Positions 60,494 through 63,970 of a stretch of 63,970 nt of DNA are shown piece after piece. This stretch comes from Carcharhinus longimanus (lineage: Eukaryota). A program made the translations under genes and the position numbers. Below the pieces are notes generated by a model. It ran no database searches. It saw only the letters and a program-made list of their open reading frames with translations, and was not told the origin of the DNA. The stretch covers positions 22,812,484-22,876,453 of the forward strand of contig JASCQW010000160.1 in NCBI GenBank assembly GCA_030264375.1. Reading direction: 5' to 3'. The first letter of the stretch is position 1. The number at the start of each line of letters is the position of its first letter.

Positions 60494-61205
60494 TCATAGA
60501 ATCATTATAGTGCAGTAGGGGGCCATTCAGCCCATCGAGTCCACACCAACCCTCCAACAGAGTATCTTACCCAGGCCCATCTCTATCCCCGTAAGCCCAC
60601 GCATTTATACCACTAATCCCCTTAGGCTGCATAACTTGGGACACTAAGGGACAATTTAGCATGGCCCATCCACCTGACCTGCACATTTTTTTTATTCATT
60701 TGGGGACATAGGCATCGCTGATTGGCCAGCATTTATTGCCCATTTTTGTTGCCCTTGGAGGGCAGTTGAGAGTCAACCACAATGCTGCGGCTCTGGAGTT
60801 ACATGTAGGTCATACCAGGTAAGGACAGATTTCTTTCCCTAAAGCACACTAGTCGGCCAGATGGGTTTTTCCAACAATCAACAATGATTTCATAATCATC
60901 AGTAGATTCTTACTTTCATATTTTTTTAATGGACTCAAATTCCACTATCTGCCATAACGGAATTTGAACACAGGTCTATAGAACAGTAGCTGAGTTTCTG
61001 GATTATTAGTCTGGCAATAATACCACTAGGCCATCACCTCCCCACCTTTAGGCTGTGGGAAGAAACTGGAGCACCTGGAGGAAAACTCATGCGGACATGA
61101 GGAAAAAATACATACTCCACACAGACAATCACCCCAGGCTGAAACTGAACATGGGTTCCTGGTGCTGTGAGGCAGCAATGTGCACATTGTGCCAATGTGC
61201 TGCCC
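60494..61205 (-). mobile_element. HE1-type V-SINE split by a nested tRNA-headed SINE (60687-61045, minus)
   Basis: HE1 tail half at 60494-60686 and head half at 61047-61205. The insert runs from the reverse LINE-type tail (tttttttattcatttggggacataggcatcgctg...gcatttattgccca) to the reverse head (ataataccactaggccatcacctccc). Confidence 0.85.
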
Positions 61206-61449
61206 TATGTATCCAAGGATCCATACATTGAAAATGTTTGCTCTCCAACTGGCAAAATTAACACAACAATCAAATATTTATTTGCCTTAAACATAATCCA
61301 TTCAATGTTACGCGCAGCACAACTAAATCTGCAGTCCAATCCCTCAAAAAAGCGGACGAGTTGCAAAACATAGAATGACGAACTATGAGCTCAACAAGTT
61401 ACAGCAATCAAATCATGATGACTGCAAGTTAATCCAGGCAGTTGCTAAA

Positions 61450-61715
61450 CTGTATATACTGGGAAGATTCCTGGTTTGATCCCTGGTGTCTGCTGAGTGA
61501 ATTGATTTCAGCCACATCAGCTATAGGACTGCTTTAACAAGTCTTAACATTACTGCCTTGAGATGAGAGAATTATTCAGGGTTCCTATTCCTAGCTGCTA
61601 TCCAGCATTTGCTGCTAGAAGTGAGGTTAGGATTGGATCAGTCTGCACTGTGAATAGCCTGATTAGCTCAGCAGTTACTACCAAGGCTTGCACATTTAAA
61701 CAAAGTACCAGAGAT
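61450..61715 (+). mobile_element. Ancient tRNA-derived SINE-like remnant
   Basis: B-box-like ggtttgatccctgg followed by a body resembling old vertebrate SINEs; heavily decayed. Confidence 0.35.
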
Positions 61716-62278
61716 AGACCAAGCCAAATTAGGCCAATTGATTAGTTTGGGGGGNNNNNNNNNNNNNNNNNNNNNNNNNNNNNNNNNNNNNNNNNNNNNN
61801 NNNNNNNNNNNNNNNNNNNNNNNNNNNNNNNNNNNNNNNNNNNNNNNNNNNNNNNNNNNNNNNNNNNNNNNNNNNNNNNNNNNNNNNNNNNNNNNNNNNN
61901 NNNNNNNNNNNNNNNNNNNNNNNNNNNNNNNNNNNNNNNNNNNNNNNNNNNNNNNNNNNNNNNNNNNNNNNNNNNNNNNNNNNNNNNNNNNNNNNNNNNN
62001 NNNNNNNNNNNNNNNNNNNNNNNNNNNNNNNNNNNNNNNNNNNNNNNNNNNNNNNNNNNNNNNNNNNNNNNNNNNNNNNNNNNNNNNNNNNNNNNNNNNN
62101 NNNNNNNNNNNNNNNNNNNNNNNNNNNNNNNNNNNNNNNNNNNNNNNNNNNNNNNNNNNNNNNNNNNNNNNNNNNNNNNNNNNNNNNNNNNNNNNNNNNN
62201 NNNNNNNNNNNNNNNNNNNNNNNNNNNNNNNNNNNNNNNNNNNNNNNNNNNNNNNNNNNNNNNNNNNNNNNNNNNNNN

Positions 62279-62691
62279 GGGTCCACTGTTATTTGTCATT
62301 TATATTAATGATTTGGATGAGAATTTAGTAGGCATGGATAGTAAGTTTGCAGATGGTGGCATCATGGACTGTGAAGAAGGTCATCTAAGATTGTAGCGGG
62401 ATCTTGATCACCTGATGCCACACAGGGACCTGGGTTCAATTCCAGTCTCGGGTGACTGTGTGGAATTTGCATGTTCTTCCCATGTCTGCATGGATTTCCT
62501 CCAGATGCTCCAGTTTCCTCCGACAGTCCAAAGGTGGGAAGGTTAGATTGATTGGTTATGCTAAAGTAACGCTAGTGTCAGGGGATTAATAGGATAAATA
62601 TGTGGGGTTATGGGAATAGGCCTGGGTGGGATTGTGGTCTGTGCAGGCTTGATGGGCCAAATGGCCTTCTTCTGGATTGTGGGGATTCTAA
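62279..62691 (+). mobile_element. CR1 RT fragment (62279-62412) followed by HE1-type V-SINE (62416-62691)
   Basis: GPLLFVIYINDLDENLVGMDSKFADG, then gccacacagggacctgggttcaattcc, V-domain and tail. Confidence 0.85.
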
Positions 62692-63754
62692 GTCAGCTGA
62701 CCTTTTACTTTTTCCCTAAAGGCTATGGGCGGCAGAAAAACCATAATTTATCTGCTTAGGATTATGCAACAATTTGGGGGTAAAGAACAAAGTTTTGAAA
62801 GAGGGATGGCAAGCTGGATGAATGCTGTGTTTAAATGGGGAGGATGCTGTCTTCATCATACAAAGAGATGAGAAAAAATAATTTTCTCTTTCAGCGTAGC
62901 AGCTTTCACATGCCACGCAAAGCAGGCTGTCAACAAAGGAAAACTCAGAATCGTCTCTGGTCAAATTGCTGGTTTCAACCCATCGCTGCACTCTATCAGC
63001 TGATGTCTCAGGAATAACCACATGCAAAGTGAAGCTGCAGAAAAGTCAAAAGAGTTGCCAGGAGAAACTGCCATTCAGCAGCAAATGGTGAAGCACCTTG
63101 GGCTCTTGCAACTCTGTCAGCCAATACCAAAACTGCCAGCACCTCCAGATTAACCAGACTGAAGCAGAAGAGTCAGTTGGAATTCATGACTGCAATATAA
63201 CGGTCTGGCACTATAGAGTTGTATGGGACTGAGTATAGCAACGTCCACACAGTGATGTAAGAGAACACATGACCTGCACTTAAGGGTCATTCAGGTGTTG
63301 GACACCGGTGTGTGCACAAGTAAGCGTGGAGACAGTCCTAGCTTGGACCTTTTACTGTGTATACATACACAGTTCTTGCAGTTAACCAATACAGAAATAT
63401 TCCGGCTTTCAATGTTGGCCATTTTGAAGGCCATTTGCCACATGGTTAATATATTGGTTCACAGTATGGTGGTTGAGGAACATGACATAAGATTCAAAAT
63501 AGTCTAAGAGTGCCCAAAGGAGGCAAAACTGATACTAAACAAGAAATGCAAGTTATTCAAAAACATCAGTTCGGTTCCAGGGACATACCGTCAGCAATGA
63601 AGGCATCACGATGGACAAACAAAAAACTAAAGCTATTAACAAGTCCCCAAGCCCATCCTCAATTCCAGACCTGCAGCAATTGTTAGGGATGGTGAAACAG
63701 CTTCATCATGTTCACCTATAAAACAGTATATGTCCAACATAAAAACCAATACGA

Positions 63755-63970
63755 AGGTTGGTGGTATTGTGGACGGTCTGGAGGGATGTCAGAAGTTGCA
63801 GCGGGACATAGATAGGATGCAAGACTGAGCGGAGAAGTGGCAGGTGGACTTCAACGGGGATAAATGTGTAGTGGTCTATTTTGGCAGGACCAGTGGGATG
63901 AAGGAATACAATATCAAGGGTAGGAGTCTTAGCTGTGTTGAAGAGCAGAGGGATCTTGGGGTCCGGGTCC
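63755..63970 (+). mobile_element. CR1-like LINE RT C-terminal fragment, continues beyond window
   Basis: KVGGIVDGLEGCQKLQRDIDRMQD*AEKWQVDFNGDKCVVVYFG...EEQRDLGV. Confidence 0.9.

Noticed and set aside
641-62691. tRNA-like A/B boxes as tRNA genes; recurring repeats as a CRISPR-like array
   Set aside because: All are SINE heads without a full cloverleaf; the repeats are dispersed eukaryotic TEs with no regular repeat-spacer period.

Overview
AT-rich, repeat-dense, gapped vertebrate genomic DNA. Multiple HE1-type V-SINEs, a DeuSINE and HER1/CR1-like LINE tails point to an elasmobranch (shark); this is an inference from recalled repeat consensus features. I found no recognisable host protein-coding exon, so the window is probably intronic or intergenic. 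The supplied ORFs are chance ORFs, N-gap artefacts or decayed retroelement fragments. The window holds about 12 V-SINEs, many CR1, L2 and Rex1/Babar fragments, and a decayed Gypsy (Mag-like) LTR element with both LTRs (31759-34823, minus strand). It also holds a 5'-inverted RTE LINE, a long CR1-group LINE with a tRNA-like head, and at least seven Penelope-like (PLE) insertions. The most interesting signals are: (i) three sequence families of small PLE derivatives, four of the copies fold-back, carrying minimal hammerhead-ribozyme motifs, five of them with 10-18 bp target-site duplications; (ii) a near-intact hammerhead in the loop of a 140-bp inverted duplication (47449-47878); (iii) several further local inverted or direct duplications with template-switch signatures; (iv) an apparently ORF1-less, tRNA-headed LINE together with SINEs made of its two ends; (v) twin-priming-like geometry in the RTE element. 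Coordinates were read by eye and may be off by a few bases (tens of bases for decayed elements).
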